Below are positions 39,901-54,485 of a stretch of 64,000 bases of DNA, piece after piece (position 1 is the stretch's first letter; each line of letters begins with the position of its first letter). The position numbers and the translations under genes are program-made. The notes under the pieces were generated by a model. That model did no database searches, was not told the origin of the DNA, and saw only the letters and a program-made list of their open reading frames with translations. The DNA is taken from positions 1,471,341 to 1,535,340 of the forward strand of contig JAQGDQ010000012.1 in NCBI GenBank assembly GCA_030141605.1, given 5' to 3'. Source of the DNA: Tubiluchus corallicola (lineage: Eukaryota; Animalia; Priapulida).

Positions 39901-41979
39901 ACTGATTTCCTGTCAGTTCTCTTTCGTAGTTCCGTTTTGTTGATGGCAACCGAAATTTCATTTTTTACATAATTTACCACACTTACCACAATTGCTGGCT
40001 TGTGCTTGTTGGAAATTATTGACTTGTAATCCTTGAGATCTAAAGGCAGAAACGGTATTAGCTTACACTTTTAGGGTATGAATGTACTTTATACAACCGC
40101 ACATCTTTGAATCAGGACTTTCCTTTAAAATTCCGAATTTATATTATTTGCTAAATCTCGTGATATCATTTTCGGCATGAACTAATCACGGCAAATGCGT
40201 AGTCGGTTAGGCTCATAGTTTGGCTAAATTTTTCTTTTAAATACTGCAACTATTACGATTATGGTTTAGTGACACTCCCCTAAATGCCAGCCTAGGCTAT
40301 AGTTTGCATTGAGGTTGCCACTCTCATAGCGTTTTTAAATTTAATTACATTCTCTGAAAAGCTATTACATTTCTTCGAAGACAATTCCATGAACTAATCA
40401 GATGATGACTAAAGAAATATTTCCACAATTTCAGTGTTGTTACAGATTCTACCGAAAATGTCTAGGAATAGGATATTTAACCATTTGCTTTTAGCTAGTA
40501 GCCTCAATTGTCAATAAGCCTGTAGAGGCTGTAATACTTGATGACTCACGATGAACATTCTCATGTTTGAGATGAGATAATACATCTCTATAGTACCGTG
40601 TATATATGTTACAGGCAATGTGTAGAATGCTTGGGCATTTTGCAGAGTGTCAATACAAACCAGGTAATGTGTCTAAAGTAGCTCCTACACTTTTCTTAGG
40701 TATTATGTGTAATACAAAGTCTGTCTAGGCAAAATATGTAATTCTTAACATAACATTAGCTAACATAATGTTAAGTAAATAAGCATGTAGCATAAGTAAG
40801 TAAGAGGTAAGCCAGTCAGTTGGTAAGTACTACTGCAGGAGGAATACTAGGCGACAAGAAATGGTGGGTAAACTTTTATTCCATTTGGGTCAACAACGAG
40901 CAACAGCTGTACATTGGTAAGCTTTATTTTGTTAAGTACCAACATTTAAGCATATTTCCGTCAGTATTATCACACAGCAAGATACACGTTGCCCAGGAAA
41001 ATGTGTGTAATACACTGTAAAAGTATGTAGTAAATTGTCCCGCTTTCTGATAAAATTTTAGTTATTTAAACAATTCATTGCTCATTGCAGTTCTTGCAAA
41101 TGAAACACACAAAGCTCCACCCAGTTATGTTGTACATATTAATAAGTTAACGTGTCAACTTACAAATTTCTGCTTATCTGATTGGAGAGAAATAATGTTC
41201 AAGGCCCACCCACTGTGCATATAAATTCTCATGTGCTTGTTCTTTTCTGATTGGAGGATTGTTAGACGTCTGCCTAAAAACAGTTAAGCCTTTGAGTGCC
41301 ACAGTACTACAGCTAAACATCTGGGCTGGCTTTAATCATTTTGACAACAAGTAATTGTGAACTACTACAGCCAACACAAATGTTTTAAAAGCATTATTCA
41401 TGGAGCAGCACACTTCCCAAATGCAGGAAAGCTAAGATTTCCTGTTCGTAAAGTGGTGCACAATTGCTGTGCTACAGTCTGTTTCCTAGATCCACCATTG
41501 AGAATAATGAGATGAGCAAGTACATCTAACCGTTACCCGTACGTTGTGGACCGTAGCCCGTAAATTAAAACCAACCCGCTGTGCTGCGCATCCTAGTTGA
41601 TGAACTATCACAAGACTTCATTCATATCAGCAGAGTGCTTACGTAACCTATACTATAGTATACACTATTTGCTCACTAGCTGCGTGGGTGAAAAGGTCCT
41701 ACAACATCGAATATGTTATGGGAAATATTCGGACATTCGGTACCATAGCAACAAGGGTTTCATAAGGGAAATTCATTGCATCATTGCAGTACTGAAAACA
41801 ACATGCGGAGTTCTGGATCTGTAGCAACATTAATCCAAGGTGCTTTATTGTTCGTTGTGCATTAATATTCGGAGTTTGCACAAATGGTGATTCCAATGTG
41901 GCAGACTCTGAAAACATGGGAGTTTATGTACAACCAACGAATGTGTGAATAGTTGAATAACCTAACCGCCTCAAAATTA

Positions 41980-43110
41980 ATATGTATTTTGAAAAGCATT
42001 CGATAGTGTGTAGATTGAGAGCATATGGGATTGAGGTAGGCATCATTATGTGGACAGCTTTTTACTGGTTGGAAAAAGTCATCATGCAGGGATGTTGTTC
42101 AAACTGGCAAAAGGTGGATAGTGGAGTTCTGCAGGTCAGCACCCTCGGTCCAGTATTATTTCTCATCTACATCAATGACCTTCCAGAAGAAGTAGTGTCT
42201 GAGATCTTTTTGTTTGCAGTACTAAGTTGTTCAGTGTAATTGATACACAGCAAGCTAGAGAAAACATTCAAGAGGATCCCCGTAGCTCGACCAAATGGAA
42301 GAACATTGGGTGCTAGCTGTCCATCCTGATAAATCTAAGGTGAACACACAGGAAGGATAACCCAACTTTTGGTCACACGATGGTTAGAGATGAAGTTAAT
42401 CACCCGGATACTATGAAGTGACTCAGAGAAAGACTTTGGAATTACTTTTCATACACTTCTTATATAAAATTTGAACATCATATCCAGGAAAGATAAGCAA
42501 AGCTAAGAAAATGGTGGAATAAAAACTAGATCTTTTGTCACTTTGACCTGTAGTATGTTCATCTGTCTGTACAAAGCAATTGAAAGACCCCATCTTGAGT
42601 TTTGGAGCTCAGTGTGGCACACATCAATGGTCAAATATATCGATCAATGAGAACAAATACAAAGATTCAATGTTGGCAAGAAGGCTAAGTGATTTGAAAG
42701 GATTATCATATACTAACTGGTTGAAGTTCCTGAAATTGTCAACCCTAGCATACAAGAGCTTGAGAGGCAATATGATAGAGGCTTATAAAATTTTAACGAA
42801 TATATACGCTATAGGTGTAAGCCCACCATTGCAATTGAGATTGCAGGTGGCTAGATCGATCACCCGAGGCCATTCGTTAAAGTTCAGATCTAATAAGTCT
42901 ATAGGATTGAATCATTTTTCACACAGAATTCTGGATTCATGGAACAGTTTGCCTAACAATAAATGCACACCAAGTGTAGATGCTTTTGAGAAAAGGTTGG
43001 ACAAGCATATAGCTAGGAGAAAGATTACAATTACAAGGCCTCCTTTGACGATATATGGGCCAGAAGATTACTTTGTCGAAACAACATAAGGCAACATAAG
43101 GTAAGGTAAG
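41980..43110 (+). mobile_element. 5'-truncated CR1-like LINE (RT C-terminal half and 3' end)
   Basis: SGVLQVSTLGPVLFLIYINDLP, EKDFGI, LRGNMIEAYKIL, TRGHSLK, FSHRILDSWNSLP; short repetitive tail CAACATAAGG x2 then GTAAG repeats. Confidence 0.85.
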
Positions 43111-43439
43111 TAAATTAGTTCTAACACTAGGACAATGTTATCAGAATAGCCGAAAGCTGATAAAAAGCTTTAAAAAGAAATCAGTTGGCCGTACTATAGT
43201 ATCGTCATTCAAAATATTTTATAAATTTACTAAATCAATAGTACTACTTCATGTTCTGAAATTATTCGAGGTGTTGAATGTACCTACATTCACATTCGTG
43301 TTACATACATACATACATATGCATGTGATACTGTGGCAACCATACAACAGCAGCATATTACGAACCAAATTTTTATACAAAGGCAAACTAACAGACGAAC
43401 CTTTACTGATTACAGTACTTCTTTATTATACCAACACGT

Positions 43440-44140
43440 CTATTGGCTTTCTTTTCTAATTTAGTTATATGTTCATTAAACTTCATATCATTAGTCACAA
43501 TCACACCTAAGTCTTTAAAGCTGGAAGCCTCATGATCTGTTTTATCACTAATTGCTTAATTATAACTAACATGACTTCTTATACATAACAGTGTGTGCTT
43601 AACAGGTTCAGTTGCAAAAGCTACTGATCAGGCCATGTTTGAACAGAATCAAGGTCAAGCTAAAGCAGTGCACGATCAAATTGATACTTAATTTCTCTAA
43701 ATATTTTAATGTCGTCCAAAAACATTCTTATATTGGAAGAAACATAACCGGGAATGTCATTTGTATATAAAATAAAAAACTAAGAACCACTTGTTGTTCC
43801 CTGAGATATAGTACTCTTGACAATCTTCCAATCAGCAACAACGCCATTTTGTACAACTTGCTGCCAACGGGATGTAATAAACTGACCAAATAATGGTCTG
43901 TGTATTTTCCCAGCTAATGTGCTGATTACGAAGAAGTTATCCTCCGTATATGTAAGTTGCAGCTGCTGCACGCAATCAGGAAATCACCTCCAAAATTACA
44001 GGATTTGACAGTCATTCATCCCTGGTCATACTGAAGTAAGTACCTCAATAATTTGCCCGTACAAGCTTATAAATAATTTTTTTCTCTTTTCCTACTTAAT
44101 TCATGTGTGTAAATGGCTGTGCAGTGTCATGCAATTTTTA
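43440..44140 (-). mobile_element. CR1/L2-like RT fragment
   Basis: Minus-strand remnants QQVVQNG, ISQGTTSGS (PQGS-like), FLDDIKIF (FADD-like) and KDLGV. Confidence 0.65.
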
Positions 44141-44186
44141 CAGAGTCGCCATGGTAATACTTTTGAAGTAATATCAATGCATTTAA

Positions 44187-44431
44187 GACCAGATGGTGTG
44201 GTTTAGTGGTAATGCGTTATCTTCTCATATGGGAAGTCGTGAGTTTGATACTGTGGCCGACCTGGCATGTGGTGTTTAGGGTAAAAATGGGGTAATAATA
44301 GTCTTTGTTATTTAGTTGCAGATTGTTATTTACAGTCATTCCAAAAGCTCTTTGGAGCTTATGTTAATTGTTCATCCAAAAAGCCGACTTTAAATAAAAT
44401 ATTAATATTGTTATTATTATTATTATTATTA
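44187..44431 (+). mobile_element. tRNA-derived SINE
   Basis: A box TGGTTTAGTGG (44199-44209), degenerate B box GAGTTTGATAC (44241-44251), unique body, AATAAA and (TTA)n tail. Confidence 0.65.
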
Positions 44432-47400
44432 CGTCTCGTTATCATCAACATTCCTACACTATGTGATATGCTAAGTATTAGTATCATAATTTCATAATGA
44501 GCTCGTCATAATGTGTTCTTTAGCTAATATTTTTAAACTAAATTGCTGCAGAAGCAGCAGAATATAACAAAACTAAAGGAAAATATGTACGTAGATTTAA
44601 ACGAAAAGCCAGCCCTCAAACAATATTCATTATATTTTAGTATGCATTTGAAAATATTGAAATTACTACATAATATACAGCATAAAGTGCTTTACGTAAA
44701 ATGCTACAGAAATTTCAGTCATTCTTATCTTCTGCCAAATGAACCACACTGAGGGAATATTTGGTAAAAAGGCATGCGTAACAAAACTTCTGCACTTCAA
44801 TCAGAAATTCTAATATCTTTATGTTTAACTGTGTTTATATAAAAATTAGTCATCATATCAATTAACAACAACTTTAAAATATTTACATAGCTTTAGTCTT
44901 CAGGATTATACCTCAGAATGCGTAAGTACTGCATATAATAGCTTTTCAAATGACCGTGGAATTGTCCGAAGCTATGGCCATACTGTAGGTGCCAGGCAGG
45001 TTACTTAGCTTACAGAATTCAGTTTTAGCTTGTTAAAATAATTATTCTGTTGTTTTGTCGGCATTAGTTAGCCGAGTTGGAGGTAATTATACCATCGTCG
45101 GTAACTGGTTTTCATAACAACGTTATGACTAGATGAAAACGATAACCGAATTACTCCATTTTTCGTTCAAGATAAGTGCACCCAAGCATGAAGTGATAGC
45201 GACTTTAAATTGATTTTACTAATTACGTGAAGAGCTTATCACAACTTTGTTGCTAGAGCTTTCTAACATTTTTCTCAAATATTAAAATAAACTCAATTTC
45301 CCAAGACACCTGGCTTTTCCTTTAAAAAATTTTATCCTTCCTGTTGATTTCAAGTTCGTTTACCTCTCATACCAAAACTAGTACTGAGTTTTAATTTCGC
45401 TTGAAAGAGTTGTTGTATTTTGCTATTTTGGAATTGATATTGAGAACTGTAATTTTTATGCAAACATAGTTTATTGCGGTGTGCTTTGTTCATTTGACTA
45501 TGAAATTTCGTATTTGATTACTATTTTTAATCACATTGATGTTGTTTGTATATTTTTTTACTTTTTTGTCTGCAGCTCACCTCTCACAGTGTTAAAGCTA
45601 AAGAAATGAAATCGCACATTGTTATAAATCACTAAACATTAGGTTAATTTGCATGTACCTGCCACAGGAGTGGTAGACCTATCACAATATTAGGTGTTTT
45701 GTAGAATTTGTCAGTGTATTTCGAAATGCCTGTGAGCAATAACTTCTCTGTGTATTAATTACATTTGCTATCTGTCCTGTCTTTATGGTGTCATTCTGAT
45801 TTTTAGGTTATTCCGTTTTCCTGCGTTTTTTTTCTCCTATTTATTTGGCAACATTTTCTTAATTAAAACTGTACAGGTATTGCTCTTTACATTGTTTGTT
45901 GGTCATTTGCTTTTTACTGTGCTTGGGTAGACTATATTAGACTATAATTATCAGTCAATTTGAGCCTTTTTTCATGCATCTTGATGTTTATATTAATTAT
46001 GTTGCGAGCTTTGAATAGATGATCTTTGAAAAAGAGACAAATTAACTCTAACCTAGTCTGTTTTGTTAAATTTTCTAGAGGTTGTCTCACTCTGAATATA
46101 ATGAAATGTTGTTACACTGTAGACATAACACACTTTGTTAATCATGTAAGAATAAAGTTTTTTCTGTCGTTCAATTATTTAAATAAGAATAAGTTTTATT
46201 TAATCTGAATAGAAATAAAGCTACCTGCAATGCTAAACATGATGTGCAGCATTTCACGCTGCTACACTAATTGCGACATAACTGAAATGCCATACTTTAA
46301 TATTTCACAGTTAATTTATTTTTATTCAAGTTTTTTAAATCGCCCACACATTTCATCCAGGAGAGATAATCATCATCAGTTTATATACTAATTTGATTTA
46401 AAAACATGTTAGTGTTTAAATATTTAGCACTCATGATAAATATCGCTGATGCCTCTGCGTCAGGAGTAACAGCCATTGGCGGGTGAAAAATTTGCACATG
46501 TTTGACTGTATACATGTAATGATCCCTAAAAGCAGCTGTCACATTATTGGCAGTAAGTTATATCCCAAACACCTGCTTTTCCTAGTGAACATAAGCTGTG
46601 TGGTTCATATGCATCACTTGAGACAGCTGTTGTGCATTTTTAACATCTTTATTGTTAATATCAAAGTATTTCAAAACTAGTTAAAGTTATGGTTTGTCGT
46701 GGCTTTGTCGTACAACACAGTTTATTGAGCATATTCCAGACAATGTTATATCAGTCAAGCTTGCAAACTATCAACACTTTTATGCTTTATACTCTCAACA
46801 GAAGCTTTTTTACTTGTTCTTTTATTAAAAAAATATTTTAAAGGTGACTAATGTGAGTATCAAAACTTTGATCTCGCCAAATGTTGTTTGTCTTGCCACT
46901 CTGAAATACTAATGTAAGTATTGTATCATCATTTTAAATATTTTGTTTGCATCTGTGTTTCCCTTGAGCAGCATACTTATGGTGATTTTGACTGGTAATG
47001 ACACTGATGATTTTTGTGTCTATGAGACCTTGGCGATGATTGTCTTTCATATGATTTAATGACATTAATCTTATTAGGTGACTTTGGCAAGTTGCCAAGT
47101 GCTATGGCCTCTGTGGGTTTTATGTGTAAATTCCATAATAATTCGTAAAATTGCCAAGCCTGATAATCCAGCTGATTTTACAGTTCATAAATAATTCAAT
47201 ACCAGCTTAATGGTTTTATGGCTCATTGTTTACCCTTGTCATATCATGCTACCCCATTGTGCAATAGAAAGAACATGGATAATGTACAGTGTCATGCAGC
47301 AAGTCTGTGCTTTGTATACCCAGCTAGATCAATAATACAAATTGTACTGAGTGAGCATGTCCTGTGCTGACAGTCTCTTCCTAGCAGAATCTTTTGGGTG

Positions 47401-48796
47401 GCTTCTCTTTTCAATCGCGTGATCCACTTTGGAGACATCTGTGTGGTATTAAGCTTAGTGTCATGTGTGTGAAAAAAATGTTTACTGAATACATTTTTGT
47501 AACATTTCCATGTTGATTGAAGAATTGATGATTATGTGGTTCATTAATTAATAGCTTTCTTGTAGACTCTTTACGCAAGACATTTCAGTGCTATGAGTGT
47601 GTGACCACTGTGTATCATTTCGTTTGAAATAAACTTAATCTTTCTTTTGCTTTCTTTATTTGGTCAGATCTATTGTGAACTTAGCAGTCACAATGTTCAG
47701 TTCTACATATCAGTATCAACACATTAATTTAGAAAGTAAGTGCTTATTTAATCATAATCAAAGCTGACAAACAGATTCTGAGTCATATCATCTGAGAAAG
47801 TTTTGAAATAAAGAAGAAAGCACTTCTGGCATGATGTTTTTGCTTCGTTTAGTGAAAAGAGTCCACACAAATGAGATTTGGTGTTATTTGACTGCTTGTT
47901 TATTTAAATTTTTCATTGTTCACCTGATCTAGTCTTTTCTATTTTTATCCCTGATTCTGAACAGTTTACACTGTTGTAAGTGCAATTTGGAATATTTCGT
48001 ATGAAGGTTATAAAACAAGCTTAAAATCTTGAAACAGCTGTAGCTATCAGGTGCAAATTGACCTGCACGGTCACACTGAAGGACAAGGAATAGATTGTTT
48101 GCAAATCGCACTTTATTTAGACTGCCAATTTGAAGTATGTGTGCTGCCTAAATAACAGAAATGTCTAATTCATGTTCTTCAAATTTCTCCACTACAGCCT
48201 ATGTTTAACCACTGAAGTGCATGTTGTATTGATTCGCGGTTCACAGTAATATGCTGCTTGGTGTGCCGTCGTTTAGTACATGCATAGGATACGCAGATAT
48301 TCCATCATTTAATTTACCCATTTAATAGCTTTTACTGCTAGAAGGAAAAACTGCTTCTTACAGGAAATGGCATGGAAGTAGTAGCCGTGTTACTGATAAA
48401 TTTGATTTAAATAAATATATTATGAAATATGCATTCTAATGAATTGTGTCAACTAGATTTTTATTGTGATTCAAATTCATTTACGTTTGTTTCTTTGTTT
48501 GTCTGTCTGTTTGTTTGTTTGTATGTATGCTTGCTTGTGTGTTTCTTGTCTTGTTTATTTGTTTGTTTAAGAGGTGTATCCAAAACTGTGAAACAATAGA
48601 AAATAGTCAACACTAATATTGTCAAACCTTGCATAATTAGTCATCTAAAGGTCCTATCTGTCAGACATGAATATTTCAATGAAAGATAAAGGTCAAGATC
48701 TCGGCTCATCTAGTCAAGTGATGTAAAATAAAAAACTGCATTTACGTTATATTATTACTGATGGTACTTGTGTTTTTCTTAGATTCACCCGCAAAG

Positions 48797-49028
48797 ATGG
48801 CACAACAGATCCCCTTGCAGGGAAGTCCCGACGCCGACCATTTTGAAGAGCAAGATCTGACTTCCATACCAAACTTGGGTGAGAGCACATCAGCCGTGAT
48901 TGGAGGTGATGATACTGGTTATACTATGTACGGTTCCCATCCAGGAGGAATGAATATGCCATCAGGTGTTCCTGCACAGCGATCATTAGATGCTTCCAGG
49001 GTTCCAAGGTCAAGTACTGCACCGGCAG
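48797..49028 (+). CDS. ARFIP: Arfaptin (ARFIP1/2 orthologue), coding exon 1
   Basis: Acceptor TTTCTTAG| at 48783, ATG at 48797 (MAQQIPLQGSPDADHFEEQDL...RSSTAPA), phase-1 donor CAG|GTAATG, in frame with the next exon. Confidence 0.75.
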
Positions 49029-51156
49029 GTAATGCAATTATTTAAAAAATGCCTACAAGCTGATTAGTGTAATTTTAGGGTTTGTTCAGGAGTTGAAGAA
49101 TTTATGACGTTATATAGCACAGCTGCAGTAGCTGATCAAGTGCACTTTTTTCCATTATGTCATACAGCAATATGTTTAATTATTTACAAGTTTGTTAGAA
49201 AATTTTCAATGAAGTTTTTTGCAAATGGAATATACAACATAGCTCTAATGATGAAACATGCAGCTTCTCTTCTTTTGTTCCTAGTTTATTTACAGTAAAT
49301 GTGAGCAACATTTGCAGTAAAAGCCACAATGTTTAGGTGAAACAGTGATTAGTTCTTATCTCCACATTAGACTTTCTGGAATTTATTGAACTAATTTGAG
49401 GCTCTATGTCATGATCAAAATGGTTTAGGAACCTCACCCTCCATTTTTTACAAAGTGTTTTTTCTGAGACTTCATTATATGATAAGCATGCTAACCTTGC
49501 AAGCTGGTCAAGAAATTATGGAGCTAGAGGGCAGTCAGACACACAGGGGGAAAGAGATAGAAATGAAGAGTAGCAATGAGAGGGGAGAGAGAAAGAGAAA
49601 GGGAGCAAAAATGGAAAACAGAGGTGGAGAGTGGGAGAAAGACTGAGAGAGGAGAGGGAGGAGAGAGATATGTGGTATCATATACATTTATTTAATTTGG
49701 CCCCCTGTCATTTCAAATTGAATTCATAGTACATATAGTAGCAAGGAAGCCATTTATATTCAGACAGAACCAACAGGGGAGTTTATCTTCATACTGTAGG
49801 TTAATGTGTTTTATTTGATACTTGTCTATTCAGTGAACAGGAGCAAAGTTGAAATTCAGCATTCACTAATGATGATGAAAGATTTATGGTACTCTTTGAC
49901 TGGAGGTCTTTTGCGTTAGTATGTTTTTACCTCCGTGCATTAAAAGTAAACAAAGGAAGTGTCTGTTTATCACTAGTGAAAAATTTATGTGGATTATATT
50001 TTACAAATATAACCCATATAAGCTTTTCTATATGTTACTAATGACAGGTATCAGAATTTTTGGTGTTTTTGTAACTTAATTTTTGGCACCTCTGCATATA
50101 TGCTTAATATGTGCTATTATCTTGACTATCGTATAAAACTTATGGAATGCAATAAATTTACTGTATTATTATTACTGCTACTGTTGCTGTTACTATTACC
50201 ATTGCCATTACTATTACTATTAATTGATATGGGCTACAGCCGCTACTGCAATGTTCATTTCTGGAAATTATTCTGGTAATCTGAATGTTACACATTAATA
50301 ACTGATTCCACATTATCAAGCTTTTCAGTTAAATTTCTTGAACAATTATTTATTTATTTAAATTGTAATGTTTAAGAGTTTTGTAAATGAAGTACAATTT
50401 TCTATACTGATGACTGCAGAAGTTAATACAAAAAATCTGCTTGCTTGCATGGTTCTGCATTGTGTGTAAGCAAATGCTAAACAAATCATGTTGAATGCTC
50501 CATTAAACTGCTTTGTAAATATATTCATCTTACAAGTCAAATAGCTTATTTACGTATTCCTGTCTTGTATTGCTTAGGGTAGACGAACATTTTGATAACT
50601 GTGCAGTGCAGCATTTTGTATTATGTGTGAGTTGTAAAGCCAGATTAAAAGTCAGTTAATTAGCCTAAACTTTGATTCATTTTGTACGATGTATGCTAGA
50701 AGTGGCATAATGTACTGGCTGTCAGCTGATGAAAGTGACGGTAATTATAGCATTTCATTTGGTCCCATGTTCAGTGTTCTGTACACATAGTACGATGCTG
50801 GTTTATATTGATTTGTACAGCTAAGCACCGTTACTTACACTTAGTCAATATTGTCTCCATTGGCCAAGGCTTATTTAAGTCTGTTTATTTCTTTGACAGA
50901 TTTTGTGAGCTTGCACAGCCTTTTCTTACTGTTATTTTTAATGGTTGATTTTGAAACTGTTTTAATAATTGCAACTAAGTAGCATTTTTAGAATATTCAT
51001 AATTACTCTGGATGTATGACATGATCCAGCACATAAATCTGTTCTGCTGTTCTTTTTTTTAAATTAGCTTAGGCCAAAATCAAACATGAACCAATAAGTT
51101 TGCTTTTACTCAACATGTAATCTGTGTTGCACTGTGTATAAACATAAACATAAACA

Positions 51157-51357
51157 ATAGTTTTAACTTTTAATTGCTTATCTGTTTGAAATTTTTTGCT
51201 GTTTGTACTAGGTATTCTAGACTAGGTTTATACACATAGATATTTAAAACACATCGATAGTTTTAACTTTTAATTGCTTATCTGTTTGAAATTTTTTGCA
51301 GCTTGTACTAGGTATTCTAGACTAGGTTTATACACATAGCTATTTAAAACACTCGAT
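51157..51357. repeat. 100-bp tandem duplication
   Basis: ATAGTTTTAACTTTTAATTGC...TTTAAAACAC repeated at 51157 and 51257 with few substitutions. Confidence 0.92.
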
Positions 51358-51389
51358 GTGTTTCATGTTAGATTATGTGGTTATGTGCC

Positions 51390-51957
51390 TAGGGTTGCCA
51401 CCTCATCACGAATCAAAATCAGGAGTTAAGAGTCAGCTAGGAGGTCAAGGATGGCTGGAGCCCCGAAAGCCTGTGTGTTTCCTGCATTTTAGACGTTTTA
51501 TGAGGCCTTTTTCAGAAACAAAAATAAAGAAATTTAAACCACAAATTACTACAAATTTCTTGATTTTAAACTCTAAAAAAGGACTAAAAACTCAAAGTTT
51601 ACAAAAATGTAAGCGGTTTGCATCAATTTTTGGAATTCTTTCCCAAGTCCCACTACATTTCTTGCGTTCTTGAGATTTCTGGAGCTAGATGGTTTAGGTT
51701 AAGTGAACTAAACTTAAACCGGAAGAATACTTGATTCAATAAGTTTACTATTTTACTTAATAAAGATTCCGCTTTTTTTAACTTACCCTTATGCAACAGT
51801 TCAATACCATGTAAGACATATTCCCATTTTCCATGCAAGACATTTTTGACTTAAATTTCAATGTGATGGTCGAAATCAGAAGATTTGTGAATTTTTCAAA
51901 AATCTGACTGAATTACGGATGCATGGCTGAATTCCAGGAGAGACCTGGCCAACCCTA
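51390..51957. mobile_element. Non-autonomous hAT element (MITE) in an Arfaptin intron
   Basis: TIRs TAGGGTTGCCA / TGGCCAACCCTA; degenerate 8-bp TSD TATGTGCC / TTTGTGTC (6 of 8 match). Confidence 0.75.
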
Positions 51958-52280
51958 TTTGTGTCGCATGGATCCTTTATCTTCTATTGATTGCATGATG
52001 ATTATAAATTTGGTGCCACCTGAGTTTGCTATATTGCTAGGCCAGCTATACTGATATTCAGAAAAACCCTGGTAAAATAAGGCATTCCAAGCTGCTCTAG
52101 CAGACCACATTATATCTGGCTTTTTCTAGGTCCTCAACACTGTTCTGGATTTTTAGAGTGTCAAGTGACTTGGTGGCACAGCTAGTTATAAAAAAAATCT
52201 TCAGACATTTATTACTGTACAAGATTTTTGTAAGTAACAGCTTGCTACTTATTTTTAAAAGTATGTTCTATTATTTTCAG

Positions 52281-52433
52281 CTACTACAAATGTGCCACTG
52301 AGTCCTCAGACTAATGGAAACATGAGAGGGGGAGCGGCGCACATGGATCGAAATGCTACCAAGCTAGATGCATTAAAGACGTGGAGCAAATCAACGTTTA
52401 TGTGCACACGGCAAATATTATCTGAAAAACTAG
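52281..52433 (+). CDS. ARFIP: Arfaptin coding exon 2
   Basis: TTTTCAG|...KLDALKTWSKSTFMCTRQILSEKLG|GTATTT; arfaptin amphipathic-helix motif preceding the AH domain. Confidence 0.9.
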
Positions 52434-53007
52434 GTATTTTTATCTGAATTTTTGAAATGTACAGCTGTTGTAGATTTACTTCCTGACTTGTAAAAATGGA
52501 TAGATGCAAAATAAAATAACAGCAAGATAGGCACAATAAGATTAGTAAGATCTGTTGCCCGGCACATTAGTTTTCTAGTTTGTAGATTTATCTTGTCAGG
52601 GTGCCCAATTATTGAATCATCTCTCTACTTGAACAATAGAAATTCACTTAACCAAAAACCAAAACACACACCTTCATATAGCTTGAAATTTGCACGTTTC
52701 TTTTGATTCTCTTTCAAGTTATGTTGAGGCAAAATTTTGAAAAACTGCATCATGAAACGTGGCTATCAAATTACTGACTTTGGAAAGTACCAATCTGAAC
52801 TTAAGAGTAAATAAAGTGTGAGTAGTTTGACAAAAGCGTTTCCCAAATTTCTGAATTTCATTTTTACACAAAGAAATTTGGGCAAAATTTTGCAAAAGTT
52901 GCATTATGAAAGCCGATTTAAAAATATTTTAGGTTCAAAAACAGAAAAAAAATGTATTTAGAAGATAGTCATAGTATACAAAAGGTATCTTTTAATGTTA
53001 CTTATAG

Positions 53008-53169
53008 GCAAAGGTACAAAGACAGTAGATGTAGGATTAGAAGCACAGATTGAGCAGTTACGAGACACGCAGAAAAAGTATTCAAATATTCTTCGTTTGT
53101 CACGAGCTATGACAAGTCATTTATTCCATGTTGTACAGTCACAACGATCGCTTGGGGAAACATTTACAG
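53008..53169 (+). CDS. ARFIP: Arfaptin coding exon 3 (AH/BAR domain)
   Basis: TATAG|(G)KGTKTVDVGLEAQIEQLRDTQKKYSNILRLSRAMTSHLFHVVQSQRSLGETFT|GTTAGT. Confidence 0.92.
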
Positions 53170-53626
53170 GTTAGTTCAATTTGTTTGTAGGTATTTATAG
53201 CATTTTTATGCATTTTCGAAGACAGTTTTATTGCACTCCTATGCATTTATTTTGATTTTTCAGACACTAATGATTTTGTTTAAATGATTTAAGTATTTGC
53301 ATGTGCAAGCTACGTCATTGGCACTACCCTTTATGATACTTGTATTATAGTTTTACTCAGAATTACTTTTGTTCTTTCCGTAAAACGATTGCAAAGTTTG
53401 TAAGTGCTTATTTTGTCAAGTGTGGTTTCCTATTAACGTTAAGTATTAAACCAAGAGCAGTAATGAACCTCAAATATCCAGCCAGTTCAAAGAACCTTGC
53501 ACACAGAAATACTTTTGCTGTCTTTGGTTGCCTTTCTTATTGTTTTTGGTTTCAAAGCCTTCAAATGTAACTAAATAATGCAACCTGAATTTTGAGAGAA
53601 TTGTCATGCACAGGACACTCTAGAAT

Positions 53627-53974
53627 CAGTGGCGGCTCATGTATAGGTACTGTGGAACTGCAGCACCCCCTACTTTCACTCAATATTACCGATAATATTC
53701 AATATAATAAGTCTTTTTTCTTTAGTTCTTTCTTTATATATGTACAGAACCAGAGCATGTGAGGGTTGTACTGTTTGCTTTACAGCCCAGCACAGTGCAC
53801 TCTAGCAATGTAGTATTTGGCTGTTGTGCACATGTATATTTGTTTGTTTAAAATTACAAATGCAAATTACAACATTAAAAACGTATATTTGTTTTGTTTT
53901 ACACAGTATTAAAACAATGGCTAAAAAATTTCTGAAGCAGCACCCCCACTAATTTTAGCTACGAGTTGCCATTG
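53627..53974. mobile_element. Non-autonomous hAT element (MITE) in an Arfaptin intron
   Basis: TIRs CAGTGGCGGCTC / GAGTTGCCATTG; TSD TCTAGAAT / TCTTGAAA (6 of 8 match); subterminal GCAGCACCCCC at both ends. Confidence 0.8.
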
Positions 53975-54298
53975 TCTTGAAAACCAAATGACAGAGTTAC
54001 ATAAGTTTGCCATTAGTGTTTGGTACGGTTTATAAAACGCTTGATTTTTTAAACTGTATTTGCACTTGATGTTAATAATTATTTTTTCTTATTTTGTGAA
54101 AGTATGATTAGCGAATACAATGGTTTTAGTTCAGCCCCAATCCCGACTTCCGAATCTATGCACTTCCTCTTTTTGTCAAATTTAGTTTATAAAATTCAAT
54201 AAACATGGATGCAATGTCGCAGTTCAATCAATTTATTATTGACCTATCTTGAATTTAGAATTATAAATAAGTACATGTAACAACGTCTTTATTGACAG

Positions 54299-54485
54299 AA
54301 TTGGCACAGAAGTCACCTGAACTGCAAGATGAGTTTAGCTACAATGCGGAGACGCAGCGCACCCTGGTGAAGAATGGTGAGATTCTGCTAACAGCCCTCA
54401 ATTTCTTCACATCTAGCATTAACACACTCATCAATAAGACAATGGAGGATACGCTGCAGACCATTAAACAGTATGAAACTGCAAG
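54299..54485 (+). CDS. ARFIP: Arfaptin coding exon 4
   Basis: GACAG|[63 protein letters not shown]|GTTAGT. Confidence 0.94.

Noticed and set aside
44187-44265. tRNA gene
   Set aside because: Degenerate B box, poor acceptor-stem pairing, and continuation into a body and (TTA)n tail indicate a SINE.
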